A stretch of 64,000 nt of DNA, taken from positions 192,415 through 256,414 of the forward strand of contig JAXMNT010000005.1 of assembly GCA_034670305.1 (NCBI GenBank). The letters run 5' to 3'. Below the pieces are notes generated by a model that saw only the letters and a list, made by a program, of their open reading frames with translations, was not told the DNA's origin and made no database searches. How positions within the stretch are numbered: position 1 is the stretch's first letter; each line of letters opens with the position of its first letter. This stretch comes from Deltaproteobacteria bacterium. Its GTDB lineage: Bacteria; Myxococcota_A; Polyangia; Polyangiales; Houyiibacteriaceae. Below are positions 30,512-39,643 of this stretch, in pieces. Made by a program: the position numbers and the translations under genes.

Positions 30512-31384
30512 ATGGTGAAGATGGCACAACTCGATCAGGCGCCCCGATACGAACCCCTTGGCTTCGGCCCGTTTGCCAAAGCGCATGCGAAGTTCACCGA
30601 AGTCGACCAGTTCGACTGGGAGACCCTCGGCAAGAGTGGCGAAACCTACGATGCGAAGGTCCGCGACCGGGGCCGGCGCTCCTTCGTGCTGCGCGCCCTC
30701 GACGAGCAGCGATCGCTCCTCGCGTTCTCCGAGCTGCTCACCGAACTCTGCGAGCAGGGCGCACCCATCGACGTGATCGGTTCGCTCGCTCGAGTGGTCC
30801 GCGACGAAGCGCTCCACGTCGACCTCTGCGACCGCGTCGTCAAAGGGCTCGGCGGCTGGGACGACAAGGCGCCGCAGCCGCGCTGGGTCCGCAGCAACAA
30901 ACGCCTCCCGCTCAAACGGCGCGCGCTCGCGACGGTGCTCGGTTCGCTCTGCCTCGGAGAGACGATCTCGGTCCACATGATCCGCGGCGTGCGCGACCAC
31001 GCGACCGACCCGGTCGTGCACTCGGTGCTCACCCGCATGCTCGCGGACGAGTCGTTCCATGCGCGCTTCGGTTGGTACTGGCTCGAGTCGATGCCGCTCG
31101 ACGACGTCGACCTCGCCTTCGCGCAGAAGTACGTCGAGAAGCTCATCCCTTCGGTCGAGAAGTCGCTCCGGACCCAGACCAAACCCGGTCCGCACACCTA
31201 CAGCCCCTTCGGCAGCATGAGCGCCGAAGAGCGCGACGAGGCGCTGATCGACGCGATGGAGAAGACCATCCTCCCCGGCTTCGAACGCGCTGGTCTGCAG
31301 GTTCAACATCTCTGGAACTCCGCCAAAGCGAACCGCGCCGCGGCCCGCGCCGAACGTGGCGACGCGAAGAAGGAAGTGGCGTAG
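30512..31384 (+). CDS. Ferritin-like (di-iron carboxylate) protein
   Basis: Four-helix ligand pattern ALDEQRS ... RDEALH ... CLGETIS ... ADESFHARFGW. No signal peptide. RBS aggag. Confidence 0.85.
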   Translation: MVKMAQLDQAPRYEPLGFGPFAKAHAKFTEVDQFDWETLGKSGETYDAKVRDRGRRSFVLRALDEQRSLLAFSELLTELCEQGAPIDVIGSLARVVRDEALHVDLCDRVVKGLGGWDDKAPQPRWVRSNKRLPLKRRALATVLGSLCLGETISVHMIRGVRDHATDPVVHSVLTRMLADESFHARFGWYWLESMPLDDVDLAFAQKYVEKLIPSVEKSLRTQTKPGPHTYSPFGSMSAEERDEALIDAMEKTILPGFERAGLQVQHLWNSAKANRAAARAERGDAKKEVA

Positions 31385-31386
31385 CC

Positions 31387-32364
31387 ATGAACGCGATTCG
31401 AACGGCGATCTTCGTCGCCAAAGCAGGCTGCGCCCGATTCGGCCGGAGCGTGTCCGTCGGCACGGTCTCGGCCGCGCTCGCGGTCATGCTCTCGATCGGC
31501 TGCGGCATGTCGCACGGCGGCGGCCTCGTCGTCGACGCCGATGGCGACGGCTACGACGCCGAGATCGACTGCGACGACTCCAACCCCCGCGTCTACCCCG
31601 GCGCGCCGGAGTACATGTACGCGATCGACTGCTGCGATGGCACGGCGCTCATCGACTACGACTGCGACGGCATGGCGCCGATCTGCAGCTGCAACCCGAT
31701 CCCGGATGCGGACGGCGACGGCTACACGATCTTCGACGACTGCAACGACGGCGACCCGAACATCTACCCGGGCGCGCCCGAAGAAGCCTCCGCGACCTGC
31801 TGCGACGGCGGCGACGCCGACCAGGATTGCGACGGAGTGCCGCCGCTCTGCCCGCTCGAGTGTTCGATCGATCTCGACGGAGACGGCTTCACCGCCGACG
31901 AAGGCGACTGCGACGACACCGACGCGAGCGTGCACCCAGGCGCGCGCGATGTTTGCGAAGACGGCGTCGACGCCAACTGCGACGGCACCGACATCTGCGA
32001 CCCGATCTTGAACGAGGCACCCGACGCGGACGGCGATGGGTACGACGTGCGCTTCGACTGCAACGACGACGACCCGACGATTCATCCCGGCGCCGAAGAA
32101 GACGTCTGTCCCGACGGCATCGACCAGGACTGCGATGGAGAGGACGGCTTCTTCGGGCTGTGCAACGCGGCGCCCGACGCGGACGGCGACGGGTACTCGG
32201 AGTTCGAGGACTGCGACGACAGCGATCCCACGGTGCATCCCGGCGCCGACGAAGACATCTGCCCCGACGGGGTCGATCAGAACTGCGATGGGTTCGATGG
32301 GGACCCGGACGTGATTTGCAACGGCATGGCGGATGTACCCGACCTGTCCGAGGAAGTGGCTTAG
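31387..32364 (+). CDS. Lipoprotein with 5 putative metal-binding (MopE-related DxDGDG...DCDD...PGA...DxxCDG) repeats
   Basis: Extended signal ending LSIGC, five repeats, C-terminus CNGMADVPDLSEEVA. Confidence 0.85.
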   Translation: MNAIRTAIFVAKAGCARFGRSVSVGTVSAALAVMLSIGCGMSHGGGLVVDADGDGYDAEIDCDDSNPRVYPGAPEYMYAIDCCDGTALIDYDCDGMAPICSCNPIPDADGDGYTIFDDCNDGDPNIYPGAPEEASATCCDGGDADQDCDGVPPLCPLECSIDLDGDGFTADEGDCDDTDASVHPGARDVCEDGVDANCDGTDICDPILNEAPDADGDGYDVRFDCNDDDPTIHPGAEEDVCPDGIDQDCDGEDGFFGLCNAAPDADGDGYSEFEDCDDSDPTVHPGADEDICPDGVDQNCDGFDGDPDVICNGMADVPDLSEEVA

Positions 32365-32366
32365 AC

Positions 32367-33224
32367 ATGCTTGCGCTCAGAACAGCTTTGGTGGTCCTGC
32401 GTTCGGCCGGATCGAAACTTCGTGGCGCCTCGGTGGGCACCGCACTCGCCGTGATGCTCGCGGTCGGCGGCGCGAACGGCTGCACCAGCAGCCACAACAA
32501 CTTGCCGGACCTCGACGGCGACGGGTTCGTGGTCGGCGACGACTGCGACGACACCGACCCGACGATCTACCCCGGCGCGCCGGAGGACATCTGTCCCGAT
32601 GGCGCGGATCAGAACTGCGACGGCGAAGACGGCGAAGCCATCTGCAACCCGTTCGTAGACGTCGACGGCGACGGCTACTCGCCGCCGGAAGACTGCAACG
32701 ACAACAACGCCGCCATCCACCCCGGCGCGCCCGAAGACTGTTGCGACCTCGTCGACATGGACTGCGACGGCGTCATCGACATGTGCACCAACTGCTTCTC
32801 CGGCGTGGACGCGGACGGCGACGGATACTTCGTCGACGACCCGTGGCTCGAGTCCGACTGCGACGACACCGATGCGTCGGTGTACCCGGGCGCGCCTGAG
32901 ATCTGCGGCGACGGCATCGACCAGGACTGCAACGGCTCCGACGGCGAACCCGGCGTCGACTGCCCCATCATCAACCCGGTCCCCGACGCGGACGGCGACG
33001 GCTACACCGCCGATGTCGACTGCGACGACGACGCCTGGTGGATCAACCCCGGTGCCGTCGAAGACTGCTTCGACGGAGTCGACAACGACTGCGACGGAGA
33101 GATCGACGAAGAACCGGCCGAAGGCTGCTGGTTCATGAACGGCATGCTCGACGTCGAAGACCTGAAGAAAGACGAAGCCCCGACGATGTCGGTGCCCGCT
33201 TCCGGCGACTCAGAGCTCGCCTAA
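32367..33224 (+). CDS. Lipoprotein with 4 putative metal-binding (MopE-related) repeats, paralog of 31387..32364
   Basis: Signal ending ANGC, four repeats, C-terminal FMNGMLDVEDL. Confidence 0.85.
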   Translation: MLALRTALVVLRSAGSKLRGASVGTALAVMLAVGGANGCTSSHNNLPDLDGDGFVVGDDCDDTDPTIYPGAPEDICPDGADQNCDGEDGEAICNPFVDVDGDGYSPPEDCNDNNAAIHPGAPEDCCDLVDMDCDGVIDMCTNCFSGVDADGDGYFVDDPWLESDCDDTDASVYPGAPEICGDGIDQDCNGSDGEPGVDCPIINPVPDADGDGYTADVDCDDDAWWINPGAVEDCFDGVDNDCDGEIDEEPAEGCWFMNGMLDVEDLKKDEAPTMSVPASGDSELA

Positions 33225-33269
33225 ACCCACGGAGTCCTCGCCTCCCGGTTCCACATCCCTGTTCCACCA

Positions 33270-33302
33270 GAACGGCGGCCGCGCGAGGAGCGGCCGCCGT
33301 TC
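33270..33302 (+). terminator. Hairpin closing the ferritin-like operon
   Basis: 13-bp perfect stem gaacggcggccgc / gcggccgccgttc, 7-nt loop, followed by ctaattgttt. Confidence 0.6.
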
Positions 33303-33494
33303 CTAATTGTTTCCCGAGCGGTGCGACCGCCTTGCAGCCTCTACCGCAACCCTCCTTCGATCGTAGGTCGATGTACGTCTCCTCAAGGCGCGACGCGACA
33401 TCGGCAGGAAAGAAAGAATGCGCGGGCTAGAGGACGCCTTCCTGCTTGGAACGCCACTGGATGGACGCCGGGGGCCCGTGCAAGTCTCTTGCGA

Positions 33495-34040
33495 ATGAGT
33501 GGCCATTTGAGTCTGGAGGAGAGCGCGGTCGTCGACACGCTGCTGAGGCACAATCTCGGTTTCGAAGAGATGCCGCAGCTGAACCACACCGTGCTGGGTT
33601 TGCTCTCGGTCGACCAACCCCCGCTGGTGCAACGGCTCATCCACACGTTCGCGGGGTTCGGGGACGAGGCGTACACCAAGCTCACGGTGTTCAGGTGGGA
33701 CTTCACTGGTGGGAGCCTCGCGTGGATGCAGGCGCCATCGTCCTCCGCCCATGCGTTTCAGATCGGCGTCTCCGCTCCGGGGGAACCCGATGCGAAGCTC
33801 GGCCTCGCCTGGAACGAGGCTGCCGGTGAGCCGACGCTGGAGCCGACGGTGTTCGCGCGCAGGGGCGACGGAGACCAGACGCTTGGCAGCTTTCCCGAGT
33901 TCTTGCGGAACGCGCTCGAAGCCGCGGCGCACGAGGCGCACGAACACGAGGACGTGGTCGACCGGGACGTGGCGCGTCTGGCGCTGTTCCTCGGTGTGCT
34001 CTTGGAGGGCGACCCGCGGCTCGATGGCATGACCCTATGA
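33495..34040 (+). CDS. Hypothetical protein
   Basis: ORF with protein-like composition (MSGHLSLEESAVV...). No recognised motif. Confidence 0.55.
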   Translation: MSGHLSLEESAVVDTLLRHNLGFEEMPQLNHTVLGLLSVDQPPLVQRLIHTFAGFGDEAYTKLTVFRWDFTGGSLAWMQAPSSSAHAFQIGVSAPGEPDAKLGLAWNEAAGEPTLEPTVFARRGDGDQTLGSFPEFLRNALEAAAHEAHEHEDVVDRDVARLALFLGVLLEGDPRLDGMTL

Positions 34041-34071
34041 GGAGGCCAGGCAGGTCGCATCGAACGCGCCG

Positions 34072-34695
34072 TCAGTGGCGGTAGGTCATCCAGAAGGCCC
34101 AGCCGGCGATACACAAGCTCAGGACCGCAAGGCCGACCCAGGCCCATCGTGGGGTGGGTCTGGGGGCGCTTCGGACCGGGTTCGGTACGGATGCGTGGGC
34201 GGCGAGAGCCATCGCCCCACTGAGGGGCGCCGAGTGCTCGGTCGGGGGTGCCATGGGCAGCGGCTGTTCGGCTGAGCCCGTGGCGGGCGGCGGTGGCGAA
34301 GCGTGTTCGGCCGGGAGCGGCATCGCGGGCAGGGGCACGGCGGAGGCGCGTTCGGCTTCGAGTTGGGCGGCTCGTTCGGCGCGGCCTTGGGCGACGCGGC
34401 GGCGGAGGGCTTCGATGTCGGAGGGGCCGGCTTGGGCTTCGCGTGCGCGTTCGCGCTCGAGTTCGGCGCGGTGGCGGGCTTCGATCTCGGCCAGGGCGGC
34501 GCGGCGTTCTTCTTCGGGGTCCTCGACGCGGGTTGGTTCGGCGGCGAGTTCTTCGAGGTCCGGGGGCAGCTCGTGCGCGGCCAGGGCGGCCTTGCGTTCC
34601 TGATCGGCGCGCATGCGGGCGGCGAGCTCCTGGACCTCCGCGGCGTCCAGCGCACGGGTGTCCTCTCGGTCTCGGGTCTCGTCCTCGTCGCCCAC
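34072..34695 (-). CDS. Hypothetical coiled-coil protein with C-terminal TM helix
   Basis: E/R/A-rich helices, Pro-rich linker, terminal hydrophobic helix. Confidence 0.55.
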   Translation of the reverse strand: MGDEDETRDREDTRALDAAEVQELAARMRADQERKAALAAHELPPDLEELAAEPTRVEDPEEERRAALAEIEARHRAELERERAREAQAGPSDIEALRRRVAQGRAERAAQLEAERASAVPLPAMPLPAEHASPPPPATGSAEQPLPMAPPTEHSAPLSGAMALAAHASVPNPVRSAPRPTPRWAWVGLAVLSLCIAGWAFWMTYRH

Positions 34696-34764
34696 CTCTC
34701 GGTTGGTCTACCACCGATCGGCCGATTTGTTGCCCATGCCGAGCGGCTTCGGTACCCCCGAAAG

Positions 34765-35958
34765 GTGCGACGGAGAGACACCGCCCCGACCTCGCGGGTG
34801 TTGGACGGGACCTTGTTCCTGCTCGGCGCGCTGTTGATGGCGGTGCCGGCCCAGGCCGACCGCACCTGGCGGGTTCAACCGGGCGATGCGCTCAGTGTGC
34901 TGGCCACGCGCTTTCATGTGAGCGTCGAAGACCTGCGCTCGTGGAACGGGCTCGAGGGCGACCGGATCTTGGCAGGCCAAGAGCTGGTGGTGGCCCGCGG
35001 GGATGGCTCCACGTCGGAAGCTCCATCGGAAGCCACGGTCGAACCGGCGCCAGGCGAGACGTACGAGGTTCAGCCGGGCGAGACGCTGTCCCACATCGCG
35101 CTCCGGCACGGGACCACGGTCGACGCGCTGGTGGAGGGCAACCCGGGCCTGCGGCCCGACCGGCTGCGGGCAGGTCAGGAGATCCGGGTCGGCGCGGCGG
35201 ATGGTCGCAATCAGATCCGATACGAGGTTCGGCGCGGCGACAGTCTGAGCCGCATCGCGTCGCGCTTTCGCGTTGACGTGCGCGATCTCCGCCGCTGGAA
35301 CCGCAGGCTCCGGCCGGACCGGCTGCGGGCTGGACAGACGTTGACCATCTGGTCCGAGGTGCCGGAGAGCACGTCGAACTCGATCGGCGCGTGCCACCAC
35401 GGCCGGCTCGAGCACGCGGAACGGCTCGCACCGCATCCGGGCATCGTCATCCGTGATCCGAACCGCGCGTGGGGCACGCTCGAGACGGTCCTCTGGCTGC
35501 ACGACGGCTTCGATGCCGTCCGCGAAGCCAACCGGCGCAACCCGCGGATTCGCGTGCACGACCTGAGCAACCGCGAGGGCGGCCGCATGCATGGGCACCG
35601 CTCCCACCAGAGCGGACGCGACGCGGACATCGCGTACTACCAACAGCGCTGCCCGAGCGGCGTCTGCATGTTCCGGCGGCTGCAGCCCGACGACCTCGAC
35701 GCGGACCGTCAGTGGGTGCTCTTTCAGCAGTGGCTCGAGAACGACCAGCTCGACGCGATCTTCATGGACTACTCCCTGCAGCGCCCGCTCTACGAAGCGG
35801 CGCGGCGCGCGGGTGTGCCGCGCGGCCGACTGGCGCGGTGGATCCAGTACCCCCGCGGACCGACGTACCCGCTCGGTGTGGTGCGCCACTACCCAAAACA
35901 CCGCGACCACGCGCACGTGCGCTTCGCCTGTCCCGACACCGACGAGAACTGCCGCTGA
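34765..35958 (+). CDS. LysM x3 + penicillin-insensitive murein endopeptidase (MepA/M74-like)
   Basis: Signal peptide, three LysM domains (VQPGDALS, VQPGETLS, VRRGDSLS), RAWGT, DLSNREGG, HRSHQSGRDAD, HRDHAHVR. Confidence 0.88.
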   Translation: MRRRDTAPTSRVLDGTLFLLGALLMAVPAQADRTWRVQPGDALSVLATRFHVSVEDLRSWNGLEGDRILAGQELVVARGDGSTSEAPSEATVEPAPGETYEVQPGETLSHIALRHGTTVDALVEGNPGLRPDRLRAGQEIRVGAADGRNQIRYEVRRGDSLSRIASRFRVDVRDLRRWNRRLRPDRLRAGQTLTIWSEVPESTSNSIGACHHGRLEHAERLAPHPGIVIRDPNRAWGTLETVLWLHDGFDAVREANRRNPRIRVHDLSNREGGRMHGHRSHQSGRDADIAYYQQRCPSGVCMFRRLQPDDLDADRQWVLFQQWLENDQLDAIFMDYSLQRPLYEAARRAGVPRGRLARWIQYPRGPTYPLGVVRHYPKHRDHAHVRFACPDTDENCR

Positions 35959-36042
35959 CGTCTCGTCGAGGTCTCGCGGGCGATTCTTCTCGGATCGTGC
36001 TGCGGCGTAGAAATACGGAGGCACTTCGACTATCCCCACGGC

Positions 36043-36699
36043 ATGGCGGACGAAGATGTCATCCGAGGCGTCACCCAGCGGGTGGTCGACCTCTACACGG
36101 CGAGCGGGTTGTTCTTCACCGCGCTCGATGTCTCCAACCAGGTGAAGCAGACCCTGCCCGATGTGCGGCATCGGTTCGTGTCCCCGATCGTGCGCGACCT
36201 CTTCGACCAGGGGTCGATGGGATCCAACTACACCCGCACCACGATCGAAGTCGTCACCCAGCAGCGCAAAAAGGCGGAGGCGTTCCTCTACCACCTCGTC
36301 GGTGGTGACATCGAAGACGGCTACGGCGAAGAGAAGCGCAGCCAGCTCGCGATCCCGCCGGTCAGCGCGGAGCTCGAAGACGAGGAGCTCGACGAGGGCA
36401 TCGAGGAGATCGATCTGGAGATCGGTCTCGACGGCCGAGCCCGCCTGCCCATCGCGCTGCTCGTGCGTGCCCGCATCACCGACTCCACCGTGATGGCGGA
36501 GATGCTCGGCGACGACCTGGTCATCAGCGCCGCGCCCAAAGCGCCGTCGACTCCGTCCGCGACCGCGACCATTCTTACTTCGAGCCACCCGACGCTGCTT
36601 CACATCCCAGCGACGCTCCTGACCGCATTCGATTCCTCGAGCGGCTTGGTGGCGCGCGTCGTCGGCGGCCAGGTCTACATCACCGGCGACTTCGACTGA
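36043..36699 (+). CDS. Hypothetical protein
   Basis: Clean ORF (FTALDVSN...RHRFVSPIVR...AFLYH) with typical codon usage. Confidence 0.65.
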   Translation: MADEDVIRGVTQRVVDLYTASGLFFTALDVSNQVKQTLPDVRHRFVSPIVRDLFDQGSMGSNYTRTTIEVVTQQRKKAEAFLYHLVGGDIEDGYGEEKRSQLAIPPVSAELEDEELDEGIEEIDLEIGLDGRARLPIALLVRARITDSTVMAEMLGDDLVISAAPKAPSTPSATATILTSSHPTLLHIPATLLTAFDSSSGLVARVVGGQVYITGDFD

Positions 36700-36714
36700 G
36701 TTTCTAGGCCGCCG

Positions 36715-36982
36715 TTCGGCTTCGGGATCGGCTTCGGCTTCGGATTCGGGGTCGGCTTCGGGATCGGCTTCGGGATCGGCTTCGGCTTCGGGGTCGGGGT
36801 CGGCTTCGGGATCGGCTTCGGCTTCGGCTTCGGAATCGGATTCGGGACCGGCTTCGGCTTCCTATCCTCTCCTTCGGATTCGGAGTCGGACACCGAGGGC
36901 AAGGGCAGGGGCAAGGGCAAGGGCAAGGGAGCTGCTGCATCCTCTCCTTCGGATTCGGCTTCGGGATCGGCTTCGGTTTCGG
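36715..36982. repeat. Composite hexamer tract (GGCTTC/GGGATC)n + (AAGGGC)n
   Basis: GGCTTC/GGGATC units 36715-36860, AAGGGC units ~36897-36930, duplicated atcctctccttcggattcgg. Confidence 0.9.
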
Positions 36983-37108
36983 CCTCACGGTCGACCGGCG
37001 CTTCGCTTCCGCTCATCGGGCACGGGCTCGGGCGCGACGGGCTGGCGCGGGATCCCGCCAAATCCCCAGGATCCACTGCAGTCTCAGGTCCGCACTCGGC
37101 TGTGCACG

Positions 37109-38851
37109 GTGTTTGCACAGACGCCACCCGTGGCCCGCCCCAACTTCGTTCGCTTCGCCCTCCTTCTGGCCTGCGCCGTCATCTTCCCGACCGTTGGTGA
37201 AGCGCAGACCTTGTCCAGCGTGGCGGGCCGTGGAGCGTGCAGCACGGCGGGCGCCGAAGGCATCTCACGGCAGCTCGCCGAAGCGCAGATGTGCATTCGG
37301 CCGGGCGCGTTTGTGCGGTTCGCGCCGCACCCGGGCATCTCGCTCTCCTCCTCTCGCGTGCATCCCTTCGCGCAGGCCTCGGCCCGCGACGCGCTGCATC
37401 GGGCGGCCGCGCGCGGCACCATCACCGTCAACTCCGCCTTCCGACCGATCTCCGACCAGTACGTGCTCTACCACTCGGGCGGCTGCGGCCTCGCCGCGCG
37501 TCCGGGACGCAGCAACCACCAGAGCGGTCGCGCGGTCGACGTCGGCAACTACAGCTCGGTCCGCTCCGCACTCGAAGCCCAGGGCTGCCGCTGGTTCGGC
37601 TCCTCCGACCGGGTGCACTTCGACTGCCCGGGCAGCGACCAGCGCGCCGATTCGATCCGCGCCTTTCAGCGGCTCTGGAACGTGAACAACCCGGGCGACC
37701 GGATCTCCGAAGACGGCGCCTACGGCCCGCAGACCGAATCGCGCCTCGGACGCGCGCCGGCAGGCGGTTTCGCGCGCGGCGCCTGCGACTCGATGCCCGA
37801 ACCGGAGCCGGAGCCGGAACCCGAGCCGATGCCGACGCCGAGCGCCGCGCGATTGCTCGGCGTGGTCTATGAAGCCGGCGACCTCGACGCCCGCATCGTC
37901 GGCGCGACGGTCCGCGTCCGCGAGACCGGCGCCACCGCGACCTCCACGGCCACCGGCGGCTGGGCGTTCGATGTGCCCGCCGGCGACTACACCGTGGAAG
38001 CATCCGCGTCCGGCTACGTGACAGGCACCCATCGATGCACGGTCACGGCCGGCGACACCTGGTGTTCGGTCGGACTCGCGCCGGGCAGCCGCGAAGGCGT
38101 CGCGCGCGGCGTCGTGTTCGCCGACCACGGCGAGGGCTTCGGGGACACGAGCGACCGGCTCGCTGGTGCAGCGGTGCTCGTGACCGAGACCGGCGCGCGC
38201 GCCACCACCGACGCATCCGGCGCGTTCGCGCATACGCTCGCTCCGGGCAGCTACACGTTCGTGGTCAGCAAAGATGGGTTCGCGACCGCGTCCCGCAGCT
38301 GCACCGTGACCGCCGACGCCGAGGCGTGGTGTTCGATCGGCCTCGCCACGACCGCGGATGCCGGAAGTCTGCAAGGCGTCGTGTTCGAAGGCGCCGTCAG
38401 CCGGCGCGTCGTCGGCGCCCGAGTGCGGGTGCTCGAGACGGGCGCCTCGACGACCTCGCGCGAAGGCGATGCGTTCTGGCGCTTCGAGCTGCCCCCCGGC
38501 ACGTACACAGTGGAAGTCTCCGGCAGCACCATCGCCGCGTCCTCGCGCCGCTGCACCGTGGCCAGCGGCGTCGAGACCTGGTGTTCGGTGAGCACGACGT
38601 TGACCGGCGCGGGCGGCGGCACCGATGCGCCCTACGTCGAAGAGTCCATCGTCGGAGAGAGCGACCACGAAGGCGGCCTCGACGACGACCCGGGCGCGGC
38701 GATGACCGAGTCCGAACCGAGCCCCGGCTACGACGAACCCGAGTTCCGCGGCGGCCTCAGCAGTGGCTGTGCGGCCGGTGGGCAATCGGGTGCGGGCGCG
38801 CTTCTGTGGCTCGTCGCACTGGGCATCTGCGTGCGCCGCCGACGCGCGTAG
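37109..38851 (+). CDS. M15-type D-Ala-D-Ala Zn peptidase + PG-binding + carboxypeptidase-regulatory-like repeats + MYXO-CTERM
   Basis: NSAFR..SDQY, AARPGRSNHQSGRAVD, DRVHF, EDGAYGPQT, three beta-sandwich repeats, C-terminal SSGCAA + TM + RRRR. Confidence 0.85.
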   Translation: MFAQTPPVARPNFVRFALLLACAVIFPTVGEAQTLSSVAGRGACSTAGAEGISRQLAEAQMCIRPGAFVRFAPHPGISLSSSRVHPFAQASARDALHRAAARGTITVNSAFRPISDQYVLYHSGGCGLAARPGRSNHQSGRAVDVGNYSSVRSALEAQGCRWFGSSDRVHFDCPGSDQRADSIRAFQRLWNVNNPGDRISEDGAYGPQTESRLGRAPAGGFARGACDSMPEPEPEPEPEPMPTPSAARLLGVVYEAGDLDARIVGATVRVRETGATATSTATGGWAFDVPAGDYTVEASASGYVTGTHRCTVTAGDTWCSVGLAPGSREGVARGVVFADHGEGFGDTSDRLAGAAVLVTETGARATTDASGAFAHTLAPGSYTFVVSKDGFATASRSCTVTADAEAWCSIGLATTADAGSLQGVVFEGAVSRRVVGARVRVLETGASTTSREGDAFWRFELPPGTYTVEVSGSTIAASSRRCTVASGVETWCSVSTTLTGAGGGTDAPYVEESIVGESDHEGGLDDDPGAAMTESEPSPGYDEPEFRGGLSSGCAAGGQSGAGALLWLVALGICVRRRRA

Positions 38852-38888
38852 TTCGCAGCCGAACCCTCCGCCGCCCGTCGGTGTCGGG

Positions 38889-39064
38889 TCGGCCTCGGGA
38901 TCGGCTTCGGCTTCGGCTTCGGCTTCGGCTTCGGCTTCGGGCTTCGGGATCGGCTTCGGGATCGGCTTCGGGATCGGCTGCTTCGGCTTCGGGATCGGCT
39001 TCGGCTTCGGGATCGGCTTCGGGATCGGCTTCGGGATCGGCTTCGGGCTCGGCTTCGGCTTCGG
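38889..39064. repeat. (GGCTTC/GGGATC)n hexamer tract
   Basis: Direct reading. Confidence 0.9.
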
Positions 39065-39131
39065 GTCTGTGTGGTCGGCCGGATCCATCCGAGCATTGAG
39101 CGCCACGTCCCAACCGCAGTAGGTTGCGGGC

Positions 39132-39557
39132 ATGCGATTTCTTCACGCCATGATGCGCGTTCGTGACCTCGACGCCTCGCTCGCCTTCTTCTGCGGCCAG
39201 CTCGGACTGAAAGAAGTCCGCCGCCGCGACCACGAGAAAGGCCGCTTCACGCTCGTCTTCCTCGAGACCGGCAAGGAAGGCGACGCCGCCCAGCTCGAGC
39301 TCACCTACAACTGGGACCAAGAAGCGCCCTACGGCGGCGGCCGCAACTTCGGCCATCTCGCGTTCGAGGTCGACGACATCTACGCCCTCTGCACCTCGCT
39401 TCAGGAAAGCGGCGTCACCATCCTCCGCCCACCCCGCGACGGCCGCATGGCCTTCGTCCGCTCCCCCGACGAGATCTCAGTCGAACTGCTGCAGCGCGGC
39501 GAAGCGCTGCCGCCGGCGGAACCGTGGGCGAGCATGCCCAGCACCGGCGAGTGGTGA
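39132..39557 (+). CDS. gloA: Lactoylglutathione lyase (glyoxalase I)
   Basis: [49 protein letters not shown]. Confidence 0.92.
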   Translation: MRFLHAMMRVRDLDASLAFFCGQLGLKEVRRRDHEKGRFTLVFLETGKEGDAAQLELTYNWDQEAPYGGGRNFGHLAFEVDDIYALCTSLQESGVTILRPPRDGRMAFVRSPDEISVELLQRGEALPPAEPWASMPSTGEW

Positions 39558-39643
39558 ACGTCGCCCACGAGAAAGTTAACAGACGTCTCATTCAGTTCGC
39601 GGTTGCTCCCGCAAAGGATGTGGCTGGCAGAGACGCCGTCGGA

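Noticed and set aside
30097-31386. N-terminal extension of the 755-aa ORF fusing repeats to the first lipoprotein
   Set aside because: It overlaps the ferritin-like gene in another frame and runs through hexamer tracts. The true start is the ATG at 31387, with RBS and signal peptide.
37102-37118. Sigma-54-like gtgcacg-gtgt-ttgca upstream of the M15 peptidase
   Set aside because: The essential GG at -24 is TG, and the motif overlaps the predicted start.
36715-39064. Tandem repeats as a possible CRISPR array
   Set aside because: Units are 6-12 bp with no unique spacers, and there are no cas genes in the window.
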